A stretch of 64,000 nucleotides of DNA from Acidimicrobiaceae bacterium. GTDB taxonomy: Bacteria; Actinomycetota; Acidimicrobiia; Acidimicrobiales; Bog-793. Every line of letters begins with the position of its first letter. Position 1 is the first letter of the stretch. Positions 41,245 to 49,012 of this stretch are shown in pieces. A program made the position numbers and the translations under genes. The stretch covers positions 1,773 through 65,772 of the forward strand of contig DAHUXW010000089.1 of the NCBI GenBank assembly GCA_027306925.1. The letters run 5' to 3'. Below the pieces are notes generated by a model that saw nothing but the letters and a program-made list of their open reading frames with translations, had not been told where the DNA came from and did no database searches.

Positions 41245-41273
41245 CTCAACAGATCCGGGGGACCGGTCGATAG
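41245..41273 (+). promoter_or_regulatory. Sigma-28-like promoter candidate: CTCAAC-N15-GTCGATAG
   Basis: Member of a recurring motif family (see findings). About 110 nt upstream of the cheY-cheX-like fusion gene, in the correct orientation, in an intergenic region. Confidence 0.5.
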
Positions 41274-41384
41274 GAGTAGGGGCGACCGTCCGTCCACGCG
41301 GCGATGCCGCGCCGGCGGCGTGCGCCGGCGACAGGTCCGTTCGCAGGTGAGGCTCACCGCCGCACCGGGAAAGGAAGATCACCA

Positions 41385-42242
41385 GTGCGAGTCCTCGTGG
41401 TGGACGACAGCCGTGCGATGCGGATGATCGTGTCGAGAGAGCTGAAGAACATCGACGCGGTCTCCGGCGTCCTCGAGGCCGAAAGCGCCGAGGCGGCGAT
41501 CGAGATCCTTCCGAACGAGCCGGTCGACCTCATACTTTGCGACTGGAACATGGGGGGCATGACCGGGCTCGAGTTCCTCCAGGCGCTCCGAGCCGCGCAG
41601 TGGTCGGTGCCCTTCGGCTTCGTGACGTCGGAGTCGAGCGAGGAGATCCACGAGAGCGCGTTCGCGGCCGGAGCGGCGTTCTTCGTCGCGAAGCCCTTCA
41701 CCGGCGCCGACCTGTGCGCGAAGATCGACGCCTTCCTCGCCGGCGAGTCCGGACCTGCGGCGGGGGGCGTCGCGTCGGTGCTCGACCGCCCGGCTGCGGT
41801 CGCCGGCCTTCTCGAAGGGCTCCTCCGCCGGCCGGTCACGGTCGCCGCGGTGGGCGAGGGCCCGGTGCGCCAGGTCGCGCGCTGGACTGCTGACTACGTG
41901 GACGCCACGGGCACGGACGCCGCGATGTGCGTCGTCGAGACCCCGATCGCCTCCGCGCTCAGCGCAGCGCTCACGCTCATGTCGCCGGCCGTCGCGGCGG
42001 AGTGGGCGGACTCGGGAACGCTCCCGGACATCTTGTCCGAGAGCTTCCACGAGGTGACGAACGTGCTCGCGAAGGTCGTCCGGAACGACGGCGCGCGCTG
42101 CGTGCTCAGCACGGTCGCCGGCTACGCGCCGGGCGAGAAGCTGCCGGAGAGCGACCGGATCGCCGCGGCCGTCTCACGCGAGCACTTCAAGGTGACGCTC
42201 GAGGGCTACGGAAGCGGGCTGCTCTCGCTCGTGACCCTGTGA
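41385..42242 (+). CDS. Response regulator receiver fused to a CheX/CheC-like phosphatase domain
   Basis: GTG at 41385 preceded by GGAAAGGAAG. The receiver is intact (VLVVDDSRAM, LILCDWNMGGMTG, FVTSES, VAKPF). The C-terminal ~150 aa contains ESFHEVTN-x22-P, matching the CheC/CheX signature D/S-x3-E-x2-N-x22-P with E at the first position. Confidence 0.65.
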   Translation: MRVLVVDDSRAMRMIVSRELKNIDAVSGVLEAESAEAAIEILPNEPVDLILCDWNMGGMTGLEFLQALRAAQWSVPFGFVTSESSEEIHESAFAAGAAFFVAKPFTGADLCAKIDAFLAGESGPAAGGVASVLDRPAAVAGLLEGLLRRPVTVAAVGEGPVRQVARWTADYVDATGTDAAMCVVETPIASALSAALTLMSPAVAAEWADSGTLPDILSESFHEVTNVLAKVVRNDGARCVLSTVAGYAPGEKLPESDRIAAAVSREHFKVTLEGYGSGLLSLVTL

Positions 42243-42326
42243 GGGCCGTGCGCATGCGGTGGGTGCGACGGACGCGATGCTCGGGCCCGGTTCGGCCCAC
42301 GACTCGACAAAGGGGCGTGTGACGTC

Positions 42327-42917
42327 ATGACGACACGGGACGACCAGACCGGGCTCATGAACTTCGGGGCGTTCGCCTTCGTCGTCGACCACGTCGTGAA
42401 GCGCGCGAGCCGTTCGGGCGAGTGTGCGACCGTGCTGTCGATCCGCATCGAGGAGCACGGCGCCGAGCGCCGCGGCTCCGGCGCGCCGGATCCGGCGGCC
42501 GTGTACCAGGTCGCGAGGATGCTCCGCACCGAGCTCCGTGGCGAGGATGTCGTCGCCCGGGTCGGGGACCGGGAGTTCGGGGTCGCGCTGCCCGACACGG
42601 ACGCGGAACACGCCGAGGTCGTCGTCGGCTGGATCGGCGACAAGCTCGCGGGCCAGGCCGCCGCGAAGGGCGGTGGGACCGCCCGTGCGTACGTGGTCGG
42701 CCGGGCGACGTTCGAGCCGACGCACGGCCCGGTGCCCGCAGAGGCACTTCTCGAGGCGGCTCGCTCCTCGGTCGAGGGCCCGTCGCACGTCGCGGGGCGT
42801 GAAGGGCGCCAGGCGCGCGAGGGGGGCGGGGCCGGCGAGCCGTCGTGGGGCGAGGGCGCGAGCCGGCGTTCGACCTCCCGCCGGCATCTCCGCCCGCTTC
42901 GCACCCGCGACGCCTGA
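42327..42917 (+). CDS. Stand-alone degenerate GGDEF domain protein
   Basis: DDQTGLMNFGAFAFVV aligns with D-x-LTGL-x-NRR-x-F. VARVGDREFGVALP aligns with the R-x-GGDEF-x-V-L-L-P position, so the motif reads GDREF. The Arg-rich C-terminal tail is of doubtful reality. Confidence 0.55.
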   Translation: MTTRDDQTGLMNFGAFAFVVDHVVKRASRSGECATVLSIRIEEHGAERRGSGAPDPAAVYQVARMLRTELRGEDVVARVGDREFGVALPDTDAEHAEVVVGWIGDKLAGQAAAKGGGTARAYVVGRATFEPTHGPVPAEALLEAARSSVEGPSHVAGREGRQAREGGGAGEPSWGEGASRRSTSRRHLRPLRTRDA

Positions 42918-42959
42918 GCCGCGCCCGACAAGACCCGCCTTCCTCCTGCCGATCGCGGG

Positions 42960-42988
42960 CTCAAGCCGGGAGGGCGATCGGCCGATAG
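42960..42988 (+). promoter_or_regulatory. Sigma-28-like promoter candidate: CTCAAG-N15-GCCGATAG
   Basis: The -10 matches the classical FliA/SigD/WhiG GCCGATAA at 7 of 8 positions. It lies about 50 nt upstream of flbD-motA-motB-fliL. Confidence 0.6.
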
Positions 42989-43039
42989 CTCTCGTATGGC
43001 ATCACCGCACGCGCGCGTCCTCCGGCAAGGGATCCGGCG

Positions 43040-43345
43040 ATGATCACCCTTCATAATCTGCAAGGAAGCGCGATCGCGATCAACGGTGCGCTCGTCGAGC
43101 GCGTCGACGGCGGTCCCGAGACGCACGTGATGCTCGTGAACGGCACGAGCTACATCGTCAAGGAGTCCATCGACGAGGTCGTGCAGCTCCACCGTGAAGA
43201 CCGGGCGATCGTCCAGGCGATGGCCGTCCACGTCCCCGTCGCGGAGCACCGGACCGTGAGCGCTGAGGCGACTTCGAAGGACACCGGGCTCAGGCTCATC
43301 GTCCGCGACGAGCACGAGCACGAGCACGAGGAGCCGGCGCCGTGA
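43040..43345 (+). CDS. flbD: Flagellar protein FlbD
   Basis: MITLHNLQGSAIAINGALVERVDGGPETHVMLVNGTSYIVKESIDEVV matches the FlbD pattern (L.RLNG....N.DLIE.IE..PDT.I.L.NG..Y.V.ES..EV). It sits directly upstream of motA. Confidence 0.8.
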   Translation: MITLHNLQGSAIAINGALVERVDGGPETHVMLVNGTSYIVKESIDEVVQLHREDRAIVQAMAVHVPVAEHRTVSAEATSKDTGLRLIVRDEHEHEHEEPAP

Positions 43346-44127
43346 AGGACACCTGGACCTCCATGGCGATCGGCGGCGCGCTCGCGTGCGTGCTCGTCGC
43401 GATGGTCCTCGACGGCAGCAGTCCCGCGGTGCTCGTGAAGCCCGCGCCCCTCCTGCTCGTGTTCGGCGGGACGTTCTTCGCCGCGACGGCGGGCTACATG
43501 AAGTCCGACCTGAAGGGCATCAAGCCGAAGCTGCTGCGCGCGACGAAGGGCGACGCGTACGACATGGAGGTCGCGATCCAGGAGATGTCGCGTCTCGCCG
43601 GCATCGCGAAGAGCTCCGGGATCATCGCCCTCGACAAGGAGACGCACTCGATCGAGGACCCGTTTCTGCGCCGCGGGATCGAGCTCGCGGTCGACGGGAC
43701 GAACTCCGAGGAGATCCTCGACGTCCTCGAGAACGACATCGCCGCGACCGAGGCGCGCCACCGCATGGGTGCGAAGGTCTTCGCCGACATGGGCGGCTTC
43801 GCGCCGACGCTCGGCATCATCGGCACGGTCATGGGCCTCGTCCACGTCCTCGGGAACCTGAGCGACCCGCAGTCGCTCGGGCCCGCGATCGGGTCCGCGT
43901 TCACCGCGACGCTCTGGGGCGTCCTCACGGCGAACCTCGTCTGGCTGCCGATCTCGAACAAGCTGAAGCGCTCGAGCGACCTCGAGGTGCAGATCAAGCG
44001 CATGGAGATCGAGGGCCTGCTCGCCATCCAGAACGGCGCGAGCTCCCGCTTCGTCCGGACGCGCATGGAGTCGTTCCTCGCGCCCGAGGCGCGCCACCGG
44101 CCCGACGACAAGGGCGCTGCCGCGTGA
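43342..44127 (+). CDS. motA: Flagellar motor stator protein MotA
   Basis: 261 aa and 4 TM segments. Has FAPTLGIIGTVMGLVHVLGNL and AFTATLWGVLTANLVWLPISNKL. Confidence 0.9.
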   Translation: MKDTWTSMAIGGALACVLVAMVLDGSSPAVLVKPAPLLLVFGGTFFAATAGYMKSDLKGIKPKLLRATKGDAYDMEVAIQEMSRLAGIAKSSGIIALDKETHSIEDPFLRRGIELAVDGTNSEEILDVLENDIAATEARHRMGAKVFADMGGFAPTLGIIGTVMGLVHVLGNLSDPQSLGPAIGSAFTATLWGVLTANLVWLPISNKLKRSSDLEVQIKRMEIEGLLAIQNGASSRFVRTRMESFLAPEARHRPDDKGAAA

Positions 44128-44897
44128 GCACGACCGCCCGACGCCACCATCGCGGCGGCCACGCAGAGGAGCACGAGAACTCCGAGCGCTGGCTCCTCAC
44201 CTACGCGGACATGATCACGCTCCTGCTCGCGCTGTTCGTGGTGCTTTTCGCGATGAGCTCGATCAGCGTGAAGAAGTTCCTCGAGTTCAAGCTCGGGTTG
44301 ACCCAGACCTTCAACCCGACGGCCGTGAACCTCCCGGGTGGCAACGGTCTGCTGACCGCTCCGACGATCGCGGGTCCGAGCGGTTCGAGCACGTCGCCGA
44401 ACCAGGGGACGTCGAGCGCGGCAGCGTCCAACCAGCGACAGCTCCGAGCCATCGCGGACCAGGTCGAGCAGCTGCTCGCCGCGCGTCACCTCCAGAAGGA
44501 CGCGAACGTGAACCTCGGCCCCTCGTCGGTGGTCGTGCAGATCCTCGCGGACCGCGTGTTCTTCGAGACGGACTCAGCCTCCCTCGGCTCGGTCGGCGCC
44601 GCGATCGTCGACACGATCGCGCAGGTCCTGCGCCCGAAGCCGAACGTAATCGAGGTCCAGGGATACACGGACAACCAGCCGATCACGGGCGGTCCCTTCG
44701 CATCCAACTGGGAGCTGTCCGCGGCGCGTGCCGCGAACGTGACGAACCGGCTGAACGTCGTCGATGGCATCCCCGCGACGCGCCTGTCCGCGAGCGGCTA
44801 CAGCGACACCCACCCGGCCGCGCCGAACACGAGCCCGTCGAACCAGGCGAGGAACCGTCGGATCGACGTCGTGATCCTCGGAGTGAAGCAGCCGTGA
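44124..44897 (+). CDS. motB: Flagellar motor protein MotB (OmpA-like C-terminal domain)
   Basis: GTG at 44124 (GTGA overlap). Has ERWLLTYADMITLLLALFVVLFAM with the conserved Asp. The C-terminus reads GYTDNQPI...NWELSAARAANV...NRRIDVVI. Confidence 0.9.
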   Translation: MSTTARRHHRGGHAEEHENSERWLLTYADMITLLLALFVVLFAMSSISVKKFLEFKLGLTQTFNPTAVNLPGGNGLLTAPTIAGPSGSSTSPNQGTSSAAASNQRQLRAIADQVEQLLAARHLQKDANVNLGPSSVVVQILADRVFFETDSASLGSVGAAIVDTIAQVLRPKPNVIEVQGYTDNQPITGGPFASNWELSAARAANVTNRLNVVDGIPATRLSASGYSDTHPAAPNTSPSNQARNRRIDVVILGVKQP

Positions 44898-44925
44898 TCG
44901 CACGTCGTTTGACCGAGGAGGAGTG

Positions 44926-45513
44926 ATGGCAGACACCGGATCCGCGCCGAGCACGCCCGCAGCGCAGGCGGCCGCGAGCCGGCTCGCGGGCATGCGGCCA
45001 CCCGCCGCGGTCGCCGCAGCGGCGCCCGAACCGGAGCCGTCGGGCCGGAAGGCGAAGAAGGCCAAGGGCAAGGAGGCCGACGCGGGAGGCAAGAAGAAGA
45101 AGCCGATCAAGCCGATCCTGCTCGTCGTCGTGCTCCTGCTCGTCGGATACGTGGTGAAGGGCAAGGTGGTCAAGCCGCACTACGGGCCGAAGGACCCGGT
45201 GCCACCGGGCGCGATATTCGATCTGCCGACGTCGGTCACGACGAACCTGCCCGACGGCCACCTCGCGCAGATCGCGATGAGCCTCCAGCTGACGAAGGTC
45301 GGCAGCGCGAAGGTCGTGACGAAGGACACCTCCGAGATCATGAACACCGCCGTGCAGATCGTCGGCTCGCAGACGTACTCGGGCCTGCTCTCGGTGCACG
45401 GACGCGTCGTCGTGAAGCGGGAGATCCTGAAGGCCCTCCAGCAGGAGCTCGGCACGACCGACGGCGCCCAACAGGTTTCGGCCGTCTACTTCACGAGCTT
45501 CGTCGTCCAGTGA
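44926..45513 (+). CDS. fliL: Flagellar basal-body-associated protein FliL
   Basis: ATG at 44926 preceded by GAGGAGGAG. Lys-rich N-terminus, a single TM (ILLVVVLLLVGYVV), then FDLPTSVTTNLPDG...IAMSLQL...VYFTSFVVQ. Confidence 0.75.
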   Translation: MADTGSAPSTPAAQAAASRLAGMRPPAAVAAAAPEPEPSGRKAKKAKGKEADAGGKKKKPIKPILLVVVLLLVGYVVKGKVVKPHYGPKDPVPPGAIFDLPTSVTTNLPDGHLAQIAMSLQLTKVGSAKVVTKDTSEIMNTAVQIVGSQTYSGLLSVHGRVVVKREILKALQQELGTTDGAQQVSAVYFTSFVVQ

Positions 45514-45549
45514 GCGACGCGGCTGCGGCTCGGGCGACCCCGGTACTTG

Positions 45550-45578
45550 CTCAAGTCCAAGCCTCCGGATGCCGATGA
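45550..45578 (+). promoter_or_regulatory. Sigma-28-like promoter candidate: CTCAAG-N15-GCCGATGA
   Basis: Same architecture as the site at 42960. The -10 overlaps the first ATG of the flgN-like ORF (45569), so the real start may be the in-frame GTG at 45587 (leaderless or near-leaderless). Confidence 0.5.
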
Positions 45579-46090
45579 TTGAGGATGTGGATCTCGTGCG
45601 CGACACACCGCTCGAAGCCCTCGCGACCGCGATCGCCGCGCAGACCGACGCGCTCGGGCGCCTGCGCTTCAAGTTCGAGGTGCAGCAGATGATGCTGTCC
45701 GGCGGCTGCACCACGTGGGTCGCGGAGACCACCGAGGAGCTCGAGGCGGCGATCGACGCGGTTCACGAGTGCGACTCGCGGTTCCGGTCGGCGCTCTCGG
45801 TCGCGGCGGGCGCGTGCGGGCTCTCTCCCGAGTCGACGCTCCGTGAGGTCGGTGCGGCCGTCGAGGAGCCGTGGAACTACATCTTCCAGCAGGGACGGGA
45901 CGAGCTGAAGCGCTCCGTCGAGCGCGTGAGCGCGCTGTGCGGCGAGAACCGAAAGCTGCTTGCCCGCGGCTACCTCGCGACCTCGGCCGCGCTGTCGCTG
46001 CTCGGCGTCGCGACGACCACCGCGTACGACGCGAGCGGCGCACCGGTCGCGTCCCAGAGCTCCGCGAACATCTTGAACACGAAGGCCTGA
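45569..46090 (+). CDS. flgN: FlgN-like flagellar export chaperone (start possibly 45587)
   Basis: Helical 167-173-aa protein immediately upstream of flgK-flgL. The assignment rests mainly on position and helical, coiled character. Confidence 0.5.
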   Translation: MPMIEDVDLVRDTPLEALATAIAAQTDALGRLRFKFEVQQMMLSGGCTTWVAETTEELEAAIDAVHECDSRFRSALSVAAGACGLSPESTLREVGAAVEEPWNYIFQQGRDELKRSVERVSALCGENRKLLARGYLATSAALSLLGVATTTAYDASGAPVASQSSANILNTKA

Positions 46091-46094
46091 CGAC

Positions 46095-47516
46095 TTGGAC
46101 GCCGCCCTCTCGATCGCGGCCTCGGGGCTGAACGCCGAGCGCACGGCGATCGACGTCACGTCGGAGAACATCGCGAACTCGCAGACGGCGGGCTACGTCG
46201 CGCAGTCGGTCCAGCTCGCCGCGCTGCCTGGCGGGGACACGCTCGGTGTCGGCGACGGAGTCCAGGTCACGTCCGTCGCGCAGGCCAACAACGCGCTGCT
46301 CAGCGCGAACAACAATCAGGCGCAGGGCTCGCTGTCGAACCTGAGCGCGCTCCAACAGGTGCTCACCGGGATCCAGAACGTCTTCCCGCTCGGCCAGTCG
46401 GCATCGACGTCGGCGACGACCGCGAGCACGAACTCGAGCCTCGCCGGCCAGCTCTCCAACTTCTGGTCCGCGTGGGACTCGGTCGCGCAGAACCCCTCGA
46501 CGCCCGCGCCGCGCACGGAGATCGTGAACATGGCCCAGGGCCTCGTGACCACGCTCCAGGAAGCTTCGACCCAGCTGGACCAGCTCGCGTCGAACACGGC
46601 GTCCGAGGTGGGGACCCAGGTCACGCAGGTGAACTCGCTCCTCGGCCAGGCGGCGTCGCTGAACCAGTCCATCGTGAAGACAACGGGTGGCGGGCAGAGC
46701 CCGAACCAGCTCTCGGACCAGCTGAACAACGTCGTCGGCCAGCTCGCCTCGCTCGCCGGCGTGAACGTCCAGATGCAGCAGAACGGCACCGCGCAGATCT
46801 CGATCGGCGGCGTGGCGGTCGTCCAGGGGAACCAGTACTCGACCCTTTCCACGCAGTCGAGCGGTGGGCAGACGTCGATAGTCGCGAGCCCCGGCGGTGT
46901 CCAGGTGCCCGTGAGCAGCGGCTCGCTGGCCGGCCTACTCGCCGGCGTCAACCAGTACGTGCCCCAGTACAAGTCTGAGCTCGACGGCGTCGCGTCGAGC
47001 CTCGCGTCGACCGTGAACGGTCGGCTCGCGCAGGGTTGGACCGCGGGGAGCGCCGGGCCGCCGGCAGTCGCGCCCGCACCGGGAGGTCCGCTCTTCACGG
47101 CCGCCGGCGGGGGTGCGGTGACCGCGGCCGACATCCAGGTCAGCTCCGCGATCGCCGCGGACCCGACGCTCATCGCCGCCGCGGGCCCGAACGCGGGGAA
47201 CACGGGCCCGATCGGCTCGAACGACGGCTCGAACGCGCAGGCGCTCGCCGAGCTCGGGACCTCGCCGACCGGACCGGACATCTCCTACCAGAACCTCGTC
47301 GAGGGGATCGGGTCGAGCACCCAGTACGCGAACACCCAGGTGAGCTCCCAGACCTCCGTCGCGAACCAGGCGCAGCAGGCGCTGCAGTCCGTCTCCGGCG
47401 TGAACCAGGACACCCAGCTCACCGCGCTCATGCAGTACCAGGCGAACTACCAGGCCTCCGCGAAGCTCGTCTCGGTCATCGACGCGACGATGCAGTCGCT
47501 CCTCGCGGCCGTCTAG
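46095..47516 (+). CDS. flgK: Flagellar hook-associated protein 1 FlgK
   Basis: N-terminal LSIAASGLNAERTAIDVTSENIANSQTAGY (flagellar rod/hook N-terminal motif). C-terminal LMQYQANYQASAKLVSVIDATMQSLL. TTG start. Confidence 0.85.
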   Translation: MDAALSIAASGLNAERTAIDVTSENIANSQTAGYVAQSVQLAALPGGDTLGVGDGVQVTSVAQANNALLSANNNQAQGSLSNLSALQQVLTGIQNVFPLGQSASTSATTASTNSSLAGQLSNFWSAWDSVAQNPSTPAPRTEIVNMAQGLVTTLQEASTQLDQLASNTASEVGTQVTQVNSLLGQAASLNQSIVKTTGGGQSPNQLSDQLNNVVGQLASLAGVNVQMQQNGTAQISIGGVAVVQGNQYSTLSTQSSGGQTSIVASPGGVQVPVSSGSLAGLLAGVNQYVPQYKSELDGVASSLASTVNGRLAQGWTAGSAGPPAVAPAPGGPLFTAAGGGAVTAADIQVSSAIAADPTLIAAAGPNAGNTGPIGSNDGSNAQALAELGTSPTGPDISYQNLVEGIGSSTQYANTQVSSQTSVANQAQQALQSVSGVNQDTQLTALMQYQANYQASAKLVSVIDATMQSLLAAV

Positions 47517-47529
47517 GAGGGAGCGGACC

Positions 47530-48480
47530 ATGACGTCGATCACCGCGACCACCCCGATCGTCGTGACGCCGAACGCGCTCACGAGCACGATGATCGGCAC
47601 GCTCACCGCGGATCAGGCGAGCCTCGCCTCGATCGAACAGCAGGTCTCGACCGGGAACCAGCTGAACGTCGCGTCGGACAACCCTGCGGCGGCGGCGAAC
47701 ATCCTCCAGCTGCAGGGCAGCCTCACCCGCGCGAACCAGTACGCGGCGAACGCGCAGGACGGTGTCGGGTGGCTCAGCCTCGGCAACTCGACCGTGAACT
47801 CCGTGCTCTCGGTGCTCCAGTCCGTGAAGAGCACGGTCGAGAGCGTCAGCGGTGCGACGCTCACGAGCGACCCCGCGACGATCTCGAGCATCGCGCAGCA
47901 GGTGAAGAGCGCGCTCGACCAGCTGACGAACCTCTCGAACACCCAGTACGAAGGCGGCCAGCCGATCTTCGCGGGGACGGGCAGCGCGACGGCGGCGTAC
48001 GACGCCAACGGCAACTACCTCGGCAACTCGGTCGCGCCGACGAGGACCGTCGCACCGGGCACGCAGGTCGCGATCGCGGTGACCGGCCCGCAGGTCTTCG
48101 GCAGCGGGACGACGGGCCTGCTCGGCACCGGTGCCGGCGGCTCGGCGGTCGGCGTGCTCCAGCAGATCGTGAACGACTTGAACACGGGAACCTCCGCCTC
48201 GATCGCGAGCGTGGAGGGCACGGACCTCACGAACCTCGGCAACGCGCTGAACACGGCGGAGACCGCGGCGGGCGTGCTCGGGGCCAACGAGCAGTCCGTC
48301 CAGGGGTTCGCGACCCAGGCGACCGGATCGATCTCCTCGCTCCAGCAGGAGCTGGGCAACGTGCAGGACACGAACATGGCCCAGGCGCTCACGAGCCTCC
48401 AGCTCCAGCAGGCCGCCTACCAGTCGGCGCTCTACGCGACGTCCCAGCTGTCGACGGACTCGCTCGTCAAGTACCTCTGA
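47530..48480 (+). CDS. flgL: Flagellar hook-associated protein 3 FlgL
   Basis: Flagellin-like N terminus (QVSTGNQLNVASDNPAAAANIL) and C terminus (DTNMAQALTSLQLQQAAYQSALYATSQL). AGGAGGGAG lies upstream. Confidence 0.85.
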   Translation: MTSITATTPIVVTPNALTSTMIGTLTADQASLASIEQQVSTGNQLNVASDNPAAAANILQLQGSLTRANQYAANAQDGVGWLSLGNSTVNSVLSVLQSVKSTVESVSGATLTSDPATISSIAQQVKSALDQLTNLSNTQYEGGQPIFAGTGSATAAYDANGNYLGNSVAPTRTVAPGTQVAIAVTGPQVFGSGTTGLLGTGAGGSAVGVLQQIVNDLNTGTSASIASVEGTDLTNLGNALNTAETAAGVLGANEQSVQGFATQATGSISSLQQELGNVQDTNMAQALTSLQLQQAAYQSALYATSQLSTDSLVKYL

Positions 48481-48508
48481 TCACCAGCGGAACCGAGAAG
48501 GCGCGAAC

Positions 48509-49012
48509 ATGACCGACACCTTGACCGTCTCCGACGTGCGAAGCGCAGCAGCCGGCGTGCGCGCGCTCGTGTTCGACCGAGCGCTCATCGGCTTCCCCGA
48601 GTCGCGCGCGTACCGGCTTCGCAGCCTCGGCGAGGCCTACGCGCCATTCGCCGCGCTCACTTCCGCGGACGAGGACGGTCCGAGCTTCATCGTGGTCCCG
48701 CCGGGGCTGCTGTTCCAGGACTACGTCATCGAGATCCCCGACACTGACGTCGCCGCTCTCGACTTGCGCGCGGCCGAGGAGGTCGAGATCCTCGCGCTCG
48801 TCACGAGGCGGGCGGGCGCGGCGCCGACCGCGAACCTCATGGGGCCGATCGTCGTGAACACCCGCACGGGGCATGCCGCGCAGGTCGTGCTCGCCGACGG
48901 CGGCTACGGCGTCGCAGTACCGCTCGACTCGGGATCGGCACGGGGCGGGGCCCCGGCCGCGCAGGACCCGGACGCGACACCGGCACCGGCCTCGACATCG
49001 GTCGAGCGCTAG
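48509..49012 (+). CDS. fliW: Flagellar assembly factor FliW
   Basis: LIGFPESRAYRL...PFAALTSADEDGPSFIVVPP...PTANLMGPIVVNTRTGHAAQVVL matches the FliW pattern. Confidence 0.85.
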   Translation: MTDTLTVSDVRSAAAGVRALVFDRALIGFPESRAYRLRSLGEAYAPFAALTSADEDGPSFIVVPPGLLFQDYVIEIPDTDVAALDLRAAEEVEILALVTRRAGAAPTANLMGPIVVNTRTGHAAQVVLADGGYGVAVPLDSGSARGGAPAAQDPDATPAPASTSVER

